64,000 nt of DNA from an uncultured Acidobacteriota bacterium (GTDB lineage: Bacteria; Acidobacteriota; UBA6911): positions 224,001 to 288,000 of the forward strand of contig CAWHCF010000036.1 of the NCBI GenBank assembly GCA_963827655.1. Direction: 5' to 3'. Of the stretch, positions 52,258 through 64,000 are shown one piece after another. The notes below the pieces were generated by a model. The model did no database searches, was not told the origin of the DNA, and was given only the letters and a program-made list of their open reading frames with translations. The translations under genes and the position numbers were made by a program. Every line of letters begins with the position of its first letter. Positions within the stretch are counted from its first letter, which is position 1.

Positions 52258-53661
52258 TCAATACTCGCGACTCCTCGTGATGCCCGGCATCGGCACCGGA
52301 TACTTGCCGTCGGGGCCGCACTGCAACGGCGCGGGCGAATTCTCAGCGAGCCGGTCGAGCCCGGGAGCGAACTCGTGGTCCCCATTGAGGATCTGATCAA
52401 AAGTGATGACCTGCCCGGTGTGCGCGGCCATGCGGCCCATCGAAGTGACAAGGCTCGCCTCGACGCCGCGCTTGACCTCGTTGTAGGGTGTGTCGTTGCG
52501 GATCGCGGTGATCAGGTGGGTCCATTCGTTTCGATAGGGGTTCCGCTCGTCCGGATTGACGTTGGATTCCCACAGCAAGTCTGAGGTCGGAGACTGGCCC
52601 TTGAAGATGCTGGAAGGCAGTCCGCAGTCGCCCCGGCTTGAGCCGATCGCGGAGCCCTTAGAGCCGTGGATGTAGCTACTGTAGTAATTCTGGCAGCCAT
52701 TGATACAGCGGCCATCAAAATTGAACTTGGTTCCGTCGGCGAACGTGTATTCGACGGCATACACATCGAAGTTCTGGTCAACGTAGGTGGCGCCATCGGC
52801 ACTCTGGCGATAGTGGCGGCCGCCCAGCGCGTGGGCCTCCACCGGCCACTCGTTCTTCATCCAGCAGAGATGGTCGATGATGTGAATGTAGAAATCGCTG
52901 TAGTTGCCGCCGCTGGCCCACAAGAAACTGTGGAATCGCTGCACCTGATACCGCAGGTCGCTCATGCCTTCCGGTTTCGGCGGCGACGAGAAAGAGCCGA
53001 CGGGCCCGTGCATGCGGTAGCCGCGCATGAGGATGACGTCGCCGATCTCCCCGCCGTGGATACGCTGGGCCAGCTCCTGCAGTGCAACGCTGTGTCGAGA
53101 CATCAGGCCCACCCCGACCTTAAGATTCTTTTTCGCCGCTTCCTCGCCGAGCGCGAGCATCCGCTTGCTCGTCGGGCCGTCCACCGTCACGGGTTTTTCC
53201 ATGAAGACGTTCAGGCCCTTCTCAATGGCGTAGGTGAAATGAACCCACCGGAACGCTGGCGGCGTCGCCAGGATCACCACGTCGCCCGGCTTCAGGCAAT
53301 CCATCGCGTTCTTGTAGGCGTCAAAGCCGAGGAACCGGCGCTCCTCCGGTACATCCACCAGCGTGCTGACCTCTGCGTTATTGCTCAGCACACCGTGGCT
53401 GTTCTTAAGCTTGGACTCGAACACGTCGGCCATGGCGACGAGCTTGATGGGGCCGATGCTGGCCGTGCTGAACGCATCGCGGATCGCACCCGTACCGCGT
53501 CCGCCGCAACCCACGAGGGCGATCTGCATGGTGTTATTGCCAGCCGCGTAAACGCGCGGGATGACGGCGCCCGCCAGGGCCGAACCTGCGGCCGCCACCA
53601 GGAATTGGCGGCGGGAGGGATGCTGGGATGTCGGCAACGATGAAACTGATTGTCGCTTCAT
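52258..53661 (-). CDS. Tat-exported Gfo/Idh/MocA oxidoreductase
   Basis: SRRQFL, VGCGGRG, ATPP, MEKP. Confidence 0.92.
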   Translation of the reverse strand: MKRQSVSSLPTSQHPSRRQFLVAAAGSALAGAVIPRVYAAGNNTMQIALVGCGGRGTGAIRDAFSTASIGPIKLVAMADVFESKLKNSHGVLSNNAEVSTLVDVPEERRFLGFDAYKNAMDCLKPGDVVILATPPAFRWVHFTYAIEKGLNVFMEKPVTVDGPTSKRMLALGEEAAKKNLKVGVGLMSRHSVALQELAQRIHGGEIGDVILMRGYRMHGPVGSFSSPPKPEGMSDLRYQVQRFHSFLWASGGNYSDFYIHIIDHLCWMKNEWPVEAHALGGRHYRQSADGATYVDQNFDVYAVEYTFADGTKFNFDGRCINGCQNYYSSYIHGSKGSAIGSSRGDCGLPSSIFKGQSPTSDLLWESNVNPDERNPYRNEWTHLITAIRNDTPYNEVKRGVEASLVTSMGRMAAHTGQVITFDQILNGDHEFAPGLDRLAENSPAPLQCGPDGKYPVPMPGITRSREY

Positions 53662-54142
53662 AGCTTGCTCTTTCTCCGAGGGCTGTGAACGTGGGCTCGG
53701 TCGTATTCGCCCGAACCCGTTCCGGTTCGCATTCATTGGAGCACTGCGCGATCTGTATACTATAGCACTGTCTTCGTCGATTGCGGCTGGCTCTCGGCAG
53801 ATATAATACAACATCACCCTTCTGCCTAACGTGATCAGATCAGCTCTCTTACCGTTCGAAGGTCCATCTGGAGCCGTCAACTTGCTCCGAACAGACTTGA
53901 CCAGCCGTCGCACGCGCGATCCTCGCCAAGGGAGGGACGCGCGAAGAAGTCGAGGCCAGGACGAAGCAATGGCTCGCAGGGCACCGGTCGCGCCCAGTGA
54001 AGCGGGTGTTTTTTGGCGCGTCAACCCGATGAATTGACCGCAGCCTTCTTCATCTCTTGAGGAGGAAACTGAAGGCTTTCCCTATTGCTGGAACCCGTGA
54101 ATCCCCCCGAACTGGCCCCTCAGAATTGTCAACCCCACCCTC

Positions 54143-55195
54143 TCAAAGGGCACTCACATCGAGGTGTTCAGCCGTCATCGCGGTGACTTCTACCATCCGC
54201 ACAGGACCCTTCCCCTTGAGTTCAACCGCTCCCCGTAAGGAAACATCGGCGCAGGGAAGCCGGGCGGACATTTCTTCCGTTACAGCGACCGTACCGGGAG
54301 AGGCCACGCCTGCCAGACGGGCGGCGACATTCACGGTGTCACCCCAAATGTCGAACTGGTAGCGCTCGCGGCCCACGATCCCGGCCATGACCGGGCCCAT
54401 GTGAACGCCGGACCTGACCCGCCAACTGTGCCTGCTCTGGCCAGCCACTTTGGAGATCGCCAAGGCGCAAGTCACTGCGGCGTGCAAAGGGTCGGCCACT
54501 GGGTGGAGCAACCCGGCTGTTGCAAGAAATGCGTCGCCAATCGACTTTATCTTTTCCAGCCCATGGGAGCTCACGCATTCCTCGAAGGCAACGAAGAGGT
54601 CGCCTAAATCGCGGACGACCTCTTCCGGAGAGTGTTGATCGCAGTAAGTCGTGAAAGCCACCAGATCCGCGAACAGCACCGCGACGTTCTCAAAGCGGCG
54701 CGGTATCACGCTACCGGTCTTCTTGATCTCCACGACGGCGGCGGCCGGAAGAATATTTTCAAGGAGTCGATCAACCTTGCGTTTTTCCTGGGCCAATTGC
54801 TCGCGAGCTTCGCGCAGCGTCAGGTGCGTTTGAACACGCGCCTGAACCACGGCAGGCGAGAAGGGCTTGTGGATATAGTCGACGGCGCCGAGTTTGAACC
54901 CCTTGGTCTCGTCCTCGGTCTCGGTTTTCCCGGTAAGGAAAATAACGGGAATGTCGCACGTAGTCGGGTCCAGTTTCAAGCGGCTGCACACCTCATAACC
55001 ATCAAGATCAGGCATCATGACGTCGAGCAGGATCAGGTCAGGCTGCGGGAGCTCTTTCGCAAGCTCCAAGGCCTTAGCACCGTTGGTTGCAATCCGGGTT
55101 GTGTAGGAGTCCTTGAGGATGTTACGGATCACCTGGATGCTTGCTGGCGTATCGTCAACCAGCAGGATCAGCTTCTTGTCCATGCTGTCTTCCAT
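54143..55195 (-). CDS. Response regulator receiver + class III adenylate cyclase
   Basis: LVDD, LLDVMMP, KP; VLFADLVAFT, KSIGDA, FDIWGDTVNVAARL. Confidence 0.93.
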   Translation of the reverse strand: MEDSMDKKLILLVDDTPASIQVIRNILKDSYTTRIATNGAKALELAKELPQPDLILLDVMMPDLDGYEVCSRLKLDPTTCDIPVIFLTGKTETEDETKGFKLGAVDYIHKPFSPAVVQARVQTHLTLREAREQLAQEKRKVDRLLENILPAAAVVEIKKTGSVIPRRFENVAVLFADLVAFTTYCDQHSPEEVVRDLGDLFVAFEECVSSHGLEKIKSIGDAFLATAGLLHPVADPLHAAVTCALAISKVAGQSRHSWRVRSGVHMGPVMAGIVGRERYQFDIWGDTVNVAARLAGVASPGTVAVTEEMSARLPCADVSLRGAVELKGKGPVRMVEVTAMTAEHLDVSAL

Positions 55196-55268
55196 TCTTG
55201 CACCTCAAACGGGGTAGAGAACGCACCTGCGGAAGTTCCGTGATGGCTTCAGGGTGCTCCACGTAAAC

Positions 55269-58200
55269 TCAGATTTTTTTGGTGAGAGCATTCCTCTCTC
55301 CGGCGGCTATCAGTTCCTCGTATGCCTCGGAGAAAGCATAGTTCTCGATCAGGCTCGCAAAATGTTCGAATTCTTGCTTGTTGAAGAAGATCCGCAAATG
55401 CGGCGCTGCAGACTCGAAATAGTCAATCGCGGCTCCATCGGACTTCGCCAGGTAGCGCGACAACTGCTCGACAGCTGACTTAACCTGCCCAGGATCGCCT
55501 GCTGGAGCGGGTTCGCGGTCCGCTCGATCAATTCCTTTCAATCCTTGGATGAGATCGGCAAGACACTCCTCAAGCGATGCGCGCCACAGTTCGATGTCAG
55601 ATGCTGCAACCGAATCGGTAATAGCCTTCTCGAGATTGGCGGCCGCATGCTGGACAGCTTTGGCGCCAATGTTTCCGGCGACACTCTTTAAACTGTGAGC
55701 CAGCCGACCAGCCAGGGAACGATCGTTCCCGGCAAGGGCGGCCGCAATGCGCTGGGCAGCGTCAGCTTCCGTGTTGCAGAACTGGCGCAGGAGTTTTCTA
55801 TACAGCTTTCTGTTGTCGGCCACCCGCAAGAGACCTTCCGCCGTGTTAAGGCCGGGCACATCCGGCAACTCGTCAGCCTCCGCGACCACAGCGGAACCCT
55901 GTTCATGTGCCGGCACGGCGACCGTCTTCACGATCGGCGTGACGAAGCGCTCCAAGGTTTCGAAGAGCGAAGAGGGATTAATCGGTTTGGACACATGAGC
56001 ATTCATGCCAGCTTCTAAGCACTTCTGCCTTTCCTCAATGGTGGCGTGCGCTGTCATGGCTATGATTGGAAACTTCTCGAATCGTGGATCAGACCGGATT
56101 TTCTTCGTGGCCTGGTAACCATCCATTCCCGGCATTTGAATGTCCATCAGCACCACATCAAAATTTGTGGGCGCCGGCTGGTCCAGCATCTTGCGGACCG
56201 CTTCAAGACCGTCGTTAGCGATCTCAACGGTCGCGCCGACCCCCTGCAGCAACTCCACGGCGATCTGCTGGTTGATCTCGTGGTCTTCGGCAAGAAGGAT
56301 TCTTACGCCACTCAGCCGGTCTGCATGGCGATCGATCGCCGAAGCCGGCGTCGTTGTGTCTTGGCGGGCTCCAGAGAACAGAGTGACCAGCGTATCGACC
56401 AGCATTGACTGCGTAACCGGCTTAAGCAAGAACCCATCCATCTCCACCCGCTCCGCCTCTTCGCGCACCTCGTCGCGCCCAAAAGCGGTGACGAGCACGA
56501 CAGCGGGGTGCTTCTTCAGTTCAGGCTCCTTTTTGATGAGACGTGCCGTCTCAATACCATCGAGGCCAGGCATTCGCCAGTCCATGAAAACGACGTCGTA
56601 CGGCTCGTCCGAGTCGTGTTGTTTCACTGCGGCTATGGCTTCCTCGCCCGAGCTCACCGCATCCACGCGGGCGCAGAGGCCATCGAGCGAATGCACCAGA
56701 ATGTCGCGCGCCGCAGCATTATCATCCACAACCAGTGCCGAAACGGCGCGAAGCCGCTCGGGAACGATCCTGCTCCGCGCCAGGCCCGAGGCCACTCCCA
56801 AAGAGACTGTAAATCGAAACGTGCTTCCGGAGCCTGGTTCGCTCTCGAGCCAGATCTCGCCACCCATCAATTCTACTAAACGCCGGCAAATGGTCAGCCC
56901 GAGTCCGGTCCCTCCATGTTTGCGTGTTGTGGACGCATCGGCCTGGCTGAAAGGCTGAAACAAGCGGGCCGTCTGCTCTGGCGTCATGCCGATGCCCGTG
57001 TCCCTCACAGAGAATCGGAGCCTCGCCCTGGAGCCTATCTGTTCCAGCAGTTCCACTTTCAAGTAGACTTCGCCGTGATCGGTAAACTTGATCGCATTGT
57101 TGATCAGGTTCGAAATCACCTGGCCCAAGCGCAACGGATCGCCCACCAGATTCTGGGGAACAGAATCTGCGACGTCAGCCAGGAACTCGAGCCCCTTTTG
57201 CTGAGCCTTCTGAGCTGTGATGGAAGTCACGGAGGCAATCACGTCATCCAGGCGGAAGTCCACCGTCTCGATGTCAAGCCGCCCCGCTTCGATCTTCGAA
57301 ACGTCGAGGATGTCATTGATCACCCCGAGCAGCGAGGTCCCCGCATTGTGAATCTTGTTGAGGTAGTCTCGCTGCTTGTCTGTCAACGGCGTCTTCAAGG
57401 CCAGGTACGCCATCCCAATGACCGCATTCATCGGCGTCCGTATCTCGTGGCTCATGTTGGCCAGGAAGATCGACTTCATAGCCGTAGCCTCTTCTGCTCT
57501 CTCTTTCGCGATCTTGAGTTCCTGCTCAGTGGCGCGGAGTTCTGCCGTGCGCTGCTGCACCAGTTCATCGAGCCGCTTTTCACGCAGTTTCAGCCCCCTG
57601 ACTCGCAATCTGTGGGCGCCGAGAACCAGTCCCACAAATGCCAGACCCATCAGGCTCCTGAACCACCATGTCGCCCACCAGGGCGGTAGCACCGTGAGCT
57701 TGAGGGTGATACCCTTGTCATTCCACACCCCGTCTTTCGTCGATGCCAGAACGCGGAAGACATACCGTCCAGCCGGAAGGCTCGTATAGGTGGCTTGCCG
57801 GCGCGTGCTGTCAACCTCGTTCCATTCTGATTCCAGACCTTCCAACCGGTATCGATATCGGTTCTTTTCCGGGGCGGCATAGCTCAGACCAGCGAACTGC
57901 AAAGTAAAAATGCTCTGCGCGTGGTTGAGTATCAGGGAATCGGTCATCCAGATTGGCTTGTCGAGCGGCGAACCTTGACCCGGCTTGATCCGTTGATTGA
58001 ACAAATGAAGGTCGGTCAAAACAACTGGCGGGACGTAGGAATTAGTGAAAAGGCGATCTGGGTAGAAGCTTGTCACGCCGTTGGTTGAGCTAAGGACCAT
58101 TTCACCACTCGGACTCTGCCAGCTGCCCTCTGACAAATAAGGGTTCAGGACATTGGAAGGTAACCCCTCGGATTCTGAGTAGGTGCGATGATCTCTTGTC

Positions 58201-60173
58201 TCAGGATGAAATCTGATCAGGCCGTTTTCCGTGGCTAGCCAGAGATAACCCTCTCGATCTTCGAGAATCCCCCTGATTCCCGTATTTGGGAGACCGTCCT
58301 TGCGCGTGAAAACCGTGAAGGTTCCCGTCCTGGGATCAAGTGTTTGAAGGCCTGTAAAGGTGCCGATCCATAGCCTTCCCTGGCGATCCTCGCGCATGGC
58401 GCATACGCGATTGTGGGCCGGGGTCTGGAACTGCCGTGACTGATCGCGATAGACGGTGAATTGACCCGTGTTGCGGTCAAACCGATTCACCCCGTCGCGA
58501 GTCCCCACCCACAACGTTCCGGCTCGATCCTCGAGGATGACAGAGACGGTGTCGTGAGATAGACTGTGACTGTCTTTCGGATTGTTGCGATAAACTCTGA
58601 ATGTTCCTGTCGCCGGGTCAAATCGGTTCAGCCCTCCGTCCTGTGTGCCCACCCAAAGCACCCCTTGGCGGTCCACAAGAAGAGAAAGCACAAAATTGGT
58701 GCTTAAGCTGCCAGGCTGCTTCGTATTGTGCTGGTATCTGAAGAATCGTCCAGTGGCGCGATCAAAGCGGTTGAGCCCTCCGCCGTAGGTTCCAAACCAA
58801 AGTGCGCCGGAGGCGTCTTCGCGAATCGCCGTTACCTTGTCATAAGAAAGGCTGTGTCTGTCCTTGGGGTCATGCCGGTAGAGAGTGAATTGGCCACTGT
58901 TTCGATCCACCCGGTTGAGACCACCCTCCGTGCCCAACCAAAGGAATCCCTGGCTGTCGCCTTGGACGGCCCAAACCATATTGCGATACAAGCTGTTCGG
59001 ATTACCTGCGCTGTGCTGATAGTTGACAAACGGAAGAGGCCTTCTGGGGAAACGGCTCAGGCCACTCCGTGTTCCTACCCACATCATTCCTTCCCTGTCT
59101 TCAAACAGCGAGTAGACCCAATCGTTCGGCAGGCTTTTTGGGTCGGCAGGGTCCGTGCTGTACCGAGTGAACTGGGTGCGTTCAGGATTGAGTTTCAGAA
59201 GTCCGCGATCAATTGTGCATAGCCAGAGTATTCCCTCCTTGTCTTCATACAGGTTATCCACCCCGGCGAAGGCTTCGTTGCCTGATTCTCCTGGATGAAA
59301 GGAATAGCGGACGAATCGACCAGTCTTAACGTTCAGGGCACTGACGCCTCCCACCTTTGTGCCTACCCAGAGTACCCCTGAGTGGTCTTCGCGGACCGAA
59401 AGCACATCATCGTGGCCGAGGCTGTGGGGATCCATCGGATCGTGCAGGAAACGCGAAAACCGCCCCGTGGTTCGATCCAACTTGTTCAGGCCCCTTTGTG
59501 TACCTATCCACAGATTGCCCAGCCGGTCTTCAACAATGGAACTGATAAGACTATTGCTCAGGCTGCCGGCATCCTGGGGATCGTGCTTGTAGTGCAAGAA
59601 AGTTCCGCTCGCCGGGTCCAGGCGATCCAGCCCCGCTTCGGTTCCAACCCACAGTATGCCGCCGCGGTCCTCGTAGATTTGCCAGACTCTGTCAGCGCTC
59701 AAACTCCGAGGGTTGGCGGGATCAGACCGGTAGTGGGTAAAGATCTCCTGAGCTGGGTCGAGGCGGTTAAGCCCTCCAAAGGACGTGCCGATCCAGAGGA
59801 TGCCAGCGCGATCTATGCAAACAGATTGGACCCAGTCGTCGCTCAAGCTATTGGGATCGTCCGGATCGCGTCGGTAGGTCTTCAGGTTATATCCATCATA
59901 CCGGTACAATCCAACATTGGTCCCAAACCACAGGAATCCGTATTTGTCTTGCGCGATCCCACCTGTTATTCCACTTTGAAACGATTCCTTATCTACGGAG
60001 AGGTGGCTGAACCGGATATCCTGCCTATCCACGACTGGAAGCTTCATGAAGCCGTTGCGAAGCGAAGCTGCGAGGCGGTCCTGCGTGCCCGCTCCGGACG
60101 CAGAGAGACAGAAAGGCAGCAGGACCCCGAGGGCAGAGAGGAGCATTGGTCGTAGTCTGGCCGAATGTGTCAT
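55269..60173 (-). CDS. Hybrid sensor kinase (beta-propellers, YYY, HisKA, HATPase, 2 REC, HPt)
   Basis: LWxGT repeats, [18 protein letters not shown], two receiver domains, AHSLKSVAG. Confidence 0.95.
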   Translation of the reverse strand: MTHSARLRPMLLSALGVLLPFCLSASGAGTQDRLAASLRNGFMKLPVVDRQDIRFSHLSVDKESFQSGITGGIAQDKYGFLWFGTNVGLYRYDGYNLKTYRRDPDDPNSLSDDWVQSVCIDRAGILWIGTSFGGLNRLDPAQEIFTHYRSDPANPRSLSADRVWQIYEDRGGILWVGTEAGLDRLDPASGTFLHYKHDPQDAGSLSNSLISSIVEDRLGNLWIGTQRGLNKLDRTTGRFSRFLHDPMDPHSLGHDDVLSVREDHSGVLWVGTKVGGVSALNVKTGRFVRYSFHPGESGNEAFAGVDNLYEDKEGILWLCTIDRGLLKLNPERTQFTRYSTDPADPKSLPNDWVYSLFEDREGMMWVGTRSGLSRFPRRPLPFVNYQHSAGNPNSLYRNMVWAVQGDSQGFLWLGTEGGLNRVDRNSGQFTLYRHDPKDRHSLSYDKVTAIREDASGALWFGTYGGGLNRFDRATGRFFRYQHNTKQPGSLSTNFVLSLLVDRQGVLWVGTQDGGLNRFDPATGTFRVYRNNPKDSHSLSHDTVSVILEDRAGTLWVGTRDGVNRFDRNTGQFTVYRDQSRQFQTPAHNRVCAMREDRQGRLWIGTFTGLQTLDPRTGTFTVFTRKDGLPNTGIRGILEDREGYLWLATENGLIRFHPETRDHRTYSESEGLPSNVLNPYLSEGSWQSPSGEMVLSSTNGVTSFYPDRLFTNSYVPPVVLTDLHLFNQRIKPGQGSPLDKPIWMTDSLILNHAQSIFTLQFAGLSYAAPEKNRYRYRLEGLESEWNEVDSTRRQATYTSLPAGRYVFRVLASTKDGVWNDKGITLKLTVLPPWWATWWFRSLMGLAFVGLVLGAHRLRVRGLKLREKRLDELVQQRTAELRATEQELKIAKERAEEATAMKSIFLANMSHEIRTPMNAVIGMAYLALKTPLTDKQRDYLNKIHNAGTSLLGVINDILDVSKIEAGRLDIETVDFRLDDVIASVTSITAQKAQQKGLEFLADVADSVPQNLVGDPLRLGQVISNLINNAIKFTDHGEVYLKVELLEQIGSRARLRFSVRDTGIGMTPEQTARLFQPFSQADASTTRKHGGTGLGLTICRRLVELMGGEIWLESEPGSGSTFRFTVSLGVASGLARSRIVPERLRAVSALVVDDNAAARDILVHSLDGLCARVDAVSSGEEAIAAVKQHDSDEPYDVVFMDWRMPGLDGIETARLIKKEPELKKHPAVVLVTAFGRDEVREEAERVEMDGFLLKPVTQSMLVDTLVTLFSGARQDTTTPASAIDRHADRLSGVRILLAEDHEINQQIAVELLQGVGATVEIANDGLEAVRKMLDQPAPTNFDVVLMDIQMPGMDGYQATKKIRSDPRFEKFPIIAMTAHATIEERQKCLEAGMNAHVSKPINPSSLFETLERFVTPIVKTVAVPAHEQGSAVVAEADELPDVPGLNTAEGLLRVADNRKLYRKLLRQFCNTEADAAQRIAAALAGNDRSLAGRLAHSLKSVAGNIGAKAVQHAAANLEKAITDSVAASDIELWRASLEECLADLIQGLKGIDRADREPAPAGDPGQVKSAVEQLSRYLAKSDGAAIDYFESAAPHLRIFFNKQEFEHFASLIENYAFSEAYEELIAAGERNALTKKI

Positions 60174-60859
60174 GGAGTCTGCCTACTGAACAGCGCGAAT
60201 CCATTCCAGGGCGAATATCCGCGAGTGTGAGAGTTGCGCATGTGGAACGCAAAACGGCTATATCCAGGTCCTCGCAGTTCAGAAATCATACGCCTTCTCA
60301 CAAACAGGAGGCTTCGCCAAGCGCTTCAAGGAATTCGGAAAGCAACCTTCCAGGAAAACTGCCCGAAGACCCGCAGTCTGATGCGCGACTTACAGAGAAC
60401 CGAGCCGTGGGGGCCAAGTCACCATGCACTATGACCGCACACTGCACCAATAAAAGGCAAAGGTCGGGACTAAATGATCGATCGGGGAGAAAGCTGACAG
60501 TCCTCTGCGCAGCGAGCTTTGGTTCAAGGTTTCGCGTCGGTCATCGAATCCGCAGGTCAATCATTCCTTGCTGACTGACTGTGAGCGATCCCTCGTGCCA
60601 CCAAGCGAAATATAAGCGCCTGTTCTTGAGAATGGGTTCACGCCCGAGAGCTTCCGACTTGTGATGTCATCTCGACTGCGCGCGTCTTCCCCGGCAATTT
60701 CCCGCCACGCCGGATAGTCTATCACGGATTTTGCGGACTCGCTTCCCGAGGAGGCGTCCATCCAGGCACAATATCTTGCCACGATCGGCAATGATTGACG
60801 CCACGTCAGGATCACAAGAATGGCCCGCGGATCTGGGGACCTCGAGCGAGGCTGAGTCG

Positions 60860-62701
60860 CTATCTTGTCGATTGCAGGGAGCCGAGACGAATCCGGGTTC
60901 CTACCGAGAGGTCATGCGCCCGAAAGGCTTCGATGGAACTGTAGCTGTACCAATGCCACTCCCCGACGATGTCTAGCCGTTTTGTGGCAGGCGCGATCAG
61001 CCTGGCTCGAGGAACATAATACCTTGTGGGTCGGGTGCCTTCGCTCCAGGAAAACGCGCCGCCGGCGTGGAGTACGACTCCGCCCATGAGGCGCACGTCG
61101 GCATAGGCACTGCCATGGTGGCCACGGTCGCTGTATATGGAAATGTCGCGCCGAAAGAACGTCGGGTCGATGAACACGGAGGTCGAATCTATGGTTTCTC
61201 TCGAGTAGGTGCCCACGAGTATCGTTCGCCGTGATTGATTGGGTGTCCATTCCACCGTTACGGCGGCTTGCCGGCTTTGGAAGTCGATACCGACGTTCTC
61301 GTTGGACAGTGTCTTCCAAAGGCCGGTAACCTGCAAGGCATCCGTAATGCGCAACCGTCCTTGAAGGGCTAGCTTGCGGTAATCCTGCAAGCCGGTGCGA
61401 AAATAGGTCTCATCGCCGGGGGAGCCTTCGAAGTCGCCATTCAGCCGCGCGCGGCCCTTCCAAAAACTAAATGTCGCGCCCGCCAAAGCGACGTTTCGAC
61501 GGATACGCGGGTTGTTTAAAACGGTTTCGGGGAAGATCAAATCCGCCGGCGGCAGATCCGTATCGCTGCGCACGTAACGATGGCCTGCCCGGACTGTTAA
61601 CGCACGGCCGATATCGCCGGAGATCTCCGTTTCGCTCTGGTCATAATGGAGATTCAGATGCGTTCGTGGAGAGGAAACCGGCTCCAGCATCGCCGCGGTA
61701 CGCGAAGCTCCGGAGATCTCAAAGTCATCGGAGAACCAGTTGTAGCGCAGGCGCCAGCGGGGGTGCGGCCGGAACTCGGCGCTGAATGTCCCTGACGTAT
61801 GGGGCTGGCTGGCGTCGGCAAAGCTTTGCTCGACCTGGGTCGTGTAGGGTCTGAGGGTTGCCGGGTCCTGGAAGATTCCTTCGGCGTTCAGTTCATGCGT
61901 AACTTCCAGCTCGGGACGGCTGTAGACGAAATGCCCGCTGAGTGCCAGCTGCTGAAAAGGCTGCGCTTGAAAAAAGCCTCGGGTGAACGGCCCCGAACCG
62001 GACCCCTGATACTTCTCCAGCAAGTGTCCAAGAACGATCGTATCCTGCCGGTTTCCTCCATTGACACTGGAATCCAGCGTTTGGTCGTCGGTGTATCCGG
62101 TCCAACCCTGCTCGATGGTGGCGGTCCAGGCCTCGCCATTAAACTGCACACCGCCGCGCGCGGTTGTCAGCTTGTCGCCGAACGTTGTGAAGACGGGAAA
62201 CTCATCCCCGCCCCCGACAAATGGCGTAATCCCCTGCCCGTCTCCTGAAGTGCGCAGGAGTCCAAAGAATGGCGTGACCCGCGATCGGGGCTTGAACCGG
62301 AACTCCATATCGAGTTGATTTCGCCGCAGGTCGATGGCGCGCTGACTGGTTACCGCTCCCTGCGCCAGCAGAGGATTGGCATAGGAAGGCAGATTGTTGA
62401 AGTAGGCTAGATCTCGATACTGCAACTGAAACTCGTACACCTTCTCTCGGCGCAGGTCGAACCTCAGTTCGCTATTCGGATCGCCGCCCCAGTTATGCGC
62501 GCTGAAATCAATGCGATCTTTGCCTTCATAGCGTACCAGGGCATCGAACAGACGCGGCCCCTCCCCCAGGTTCACGATGCTTCGATAGACCTGTCCTTTG
62601 TCGCCGGTCACAAAGCGGTTCCTGATATCGAACTCGGCGCTGAAGGGCTCTTGTGCGTGAAGCCATCCCGCGGTGAACAGAATCACGACGAGAGTCTTCA
62701 T
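60860..62701 (-). CDS. Outer-membrane beta-barrel, MtrB/PioB-like by context
   Basis: Signal peptide, alternating beta-strand pattern, ATGA overlap with the decaheme gene. Confidence 0.7.
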   Translation of the reverse strand: MKTLVVILFTAGWLHAQEPFSAEFDIRNRFVTGDKGQVYRSIVNLGEGPRLFDALVRYEGKDRIDFSAHNWGGDPNSELRFDLRREKVYEFQLQYRDLAYFNNLPSYANPLLAQGAVTSQRAIDLRRNQLDMEFRFKPRSRVTPFFGLLRTSGDGQGITPFVGGGDEFPVFTTFGDKLTTARGGVQFNGEAWTATIEQGWTGYTDDQTLDSSVNGGNRQDTIVLGHLLEKYQGSGSGPFTRGFFQAQPFQQLALSGHFVYSRPELEVTHELNAEGIFQDPATLRPYTTQVEQSFADASQPHTSGTFSAEFRPHPRWRLRYNWFSDDFEISGASRTAAMLEPVSSPRTHLNLHYDQSETEISGDIGRALTVRAGHRYVRSDTDLPPADLIFPETVLNNPRIRRNVALAGATFSFWKGRARLNGDFEGSPGDETYFRTGLQDYRKLALQGRLRITDALQVTGLWKTLSNENVGIDFQSRQAAVTVEWTPNQSRRTILVGTYSRETIDSTSVFIDPTFFRRDISIYSDRGHHGSAYADVRLMGGVVLHAGGAFSWSEGTRPTRYYVPRARLIAPATKRLDIVGEWHWYSYSSIEAFRAHDLSVGTRIRLGSLQSTR

Positions 62702-63519
62702 CGCAGGAAATCCCGGTTCACAAACGAGCCATGAGTCTTCGCATGGCAGACGGTGCAGCTTTGATAGCGCGCACTTCGCAGGTCATGAAAGGCCGGCGGC
62801 GAGCCACCCGCAAACGACATGGTAGTCGTGTGGCACTCCAGGCACAATTGGCTCACATTGCTGCGAGTGAGCATGCGGGGATTGGCGGACCCATGCGGTT
62901 CATGACAACTTGCGCACGGCTGTACGCGGACCGGAGCATGCTCGAACGGGAACGGGCCGCGCTTGTCGCCGTGGCACTTGAAACACGCCGTGTCCTGGCC
63001 GCCGATGGCGCGCACTCGCGTTGCCGGCAGGCTGCCGTGCGGATCGTGACAGTCGCCGCAGTGGACTGCGCCTGAGGTCAGCTTATGCGCGAAGGGCCGT
63101 TCGAAGCTGGCTCGCACTGCCGGGTGGCAGCTCGAGCAGAGCGTGTCGCTCGATCGGCGGATATCGGGAGTGTGAACGCGATGGCAGGCATTACAGCCCA
63201 CGCCGTTCCGCGAATGCGGCGACTCGAACCGCTGCATCTGTCTACGATCCTGCCCGTGACACTTCTGGCAGGACCGGTTGACCGTATCGGCCTGGCTGCC
63301 GGCGTAAATCTTAAGCCGCTCGGGATCAAGCGCTTCAACATGCGCCAGTCCGGGTCCGTGACAGGATTCGCAGGACGAGTCGTGGTGCCGATTCTTATGA
63401 AACTCATCCGCCTGCGTCTTGTGGCAAACGGCGCACCGAGGCGATCCGACAAAGCCCCCCTGCGCGTACAGAGCAGAGCTCTGCAACACGAGCCACAGGA
63501 CTGCCCATTCAGTTCGCAC
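62698..63519 (-). CDS. DmsE/MtrA family decaheme c-type cytochrome
   Basis: Ten CxxCH motifs; KRGPFPFEHAPV..CHEPHGS. GTG start inferred. Confidence 0.9.
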   Translation of the reverse strand: MRTEWAVLWLVLQSSALYAQGGFVGSPRCAVCHKTQADEFHKNRHHDSSCESCHGPGLAHVEALDPERLKIYAGSQADTVNRSCQKCHGQDRRQMQRFESPHSRNGVGCNACHRVHTPDIRRSSDTLCSSCHPAVRASFERPFAHKLTSGAVHCGDCHDPHGSLPATRVRAIGGQDTACFKCHGDKRGPFPFEHAPVRVQPCASCHEPHGSANPRMLTRSNVSQLCLECHTTTMSFAGGSPPAFHDLRSARYQSCTVCHAKTHGSFVNRDFLR

Positions 63520-64000
63520 TCTGAAGTTCCAGACCCTGGTGGCATTTGCGGCAATTGTGGAGCGTCGCAAACGCGGTTTTCCCCGGAGCATGACATGCGG
63601 CGCACAACTCGCCTCTTGCCTCCGCCGTTCGGTGATGGTCCGCCGAGTAGCCGGGGAGACCTCGGCGTCCCATCGGGAACAGTCTGTTGTGGCAGTCGCT
63701 ACAGTCGCCTTTAGCCTTCCCGAGGTGCAGATTGTGATTGAACGTCACCGGACCGAGCCGATTGGCATAAGTCAAGGGCGCGTCGAGCGCGGCTATCGAC
63801 CCGCGCGCAGTCAGCTCGGTATGGCATTTCAGGCAATTGTCTTTGGCGGCAAAAGCCGTTCCATTGTCCCGATGACAGGCGCCACAGGAGGTTTTGTTCT
63901 GTTCGGCCGTTCGATGCAGATTATCGGCATATCCGAGCATGCCTTTGGCGAGAGGAAAGATTTGGTTGTGACAGCTTCGGCAATTTCCTTTGCTGATATC
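63509..64000 (-). CDS. Multiheme cytochrome with c7-type triheme repeats (5' part outside window)
   Basis: Six CxxCH motifs in window, VTFNHNLH; frame is open to the window edge. Confidence 0.85.
   Translation of the reverse strand, partial: DISKGNCRSCHNQIFPLAKGMLGYADNLHRTAEQNKTSCGACHRDNGTAFAAKDNCLKCHTELTARGSIAALDAPLTYANRLGPVTFNHNLHLGKAKGDCSDCHNRLFPMGRRGLPGYSADHHRTAEARGELCAACHAPGKTAFATLHNCRKCHQGLELQSAN

Noticed and set aside
54005-54040. IS-end-like sequence GCGTCAACCCGATGAATTGACC
   Set aside because: No partner repeat or transposase remnant was identified.
60440-60500. Possible third integrase tail (CTNKRQRSGLNDRSG)
   Set aside because: Similarity is weak, the spacing is wrong and there is no adjacent site.

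Overview
This is a high-GC bacterial window, probably Acidobacteriota (inferred from two Oar-type TonB-dependent receptors, an ECF sigma/Ser-Thr kinase pair and a PadR-permease pair). 1-25 kb is an uptake and catabolism island: two paralogous TBDR + alpha/beta-hydrolase units facing each other, a Na+/solute symporter, CocE, M81, CehA/McbA-like and S9 hydrolases, and an ORF-less group II intron. 25-30 kb holds a radical SAM enzyme and alkaline phosphatase. 30-52 kb is a patchwork of accessory genes and fragments with recombination scars: attC-like remnants, a tRNA 3'-end att site, two back-to-back tyrosine-recombinase tails around a dif-like site, and a MITE. It also carries a B3-E-type metallo-beta-lactamase and a zinc-hook ABC/SMC ATPase coupled to a HEPN-like protein. 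52-64 kb holds a hybrid kinase/adenylate cyclase relay and a porin-decaheme-c7 cytochrome cluster. Several genes have single-base indels, some in homopolymers, which may be sequencing errors. All calls come from reading motifs by eye; no searches were run.
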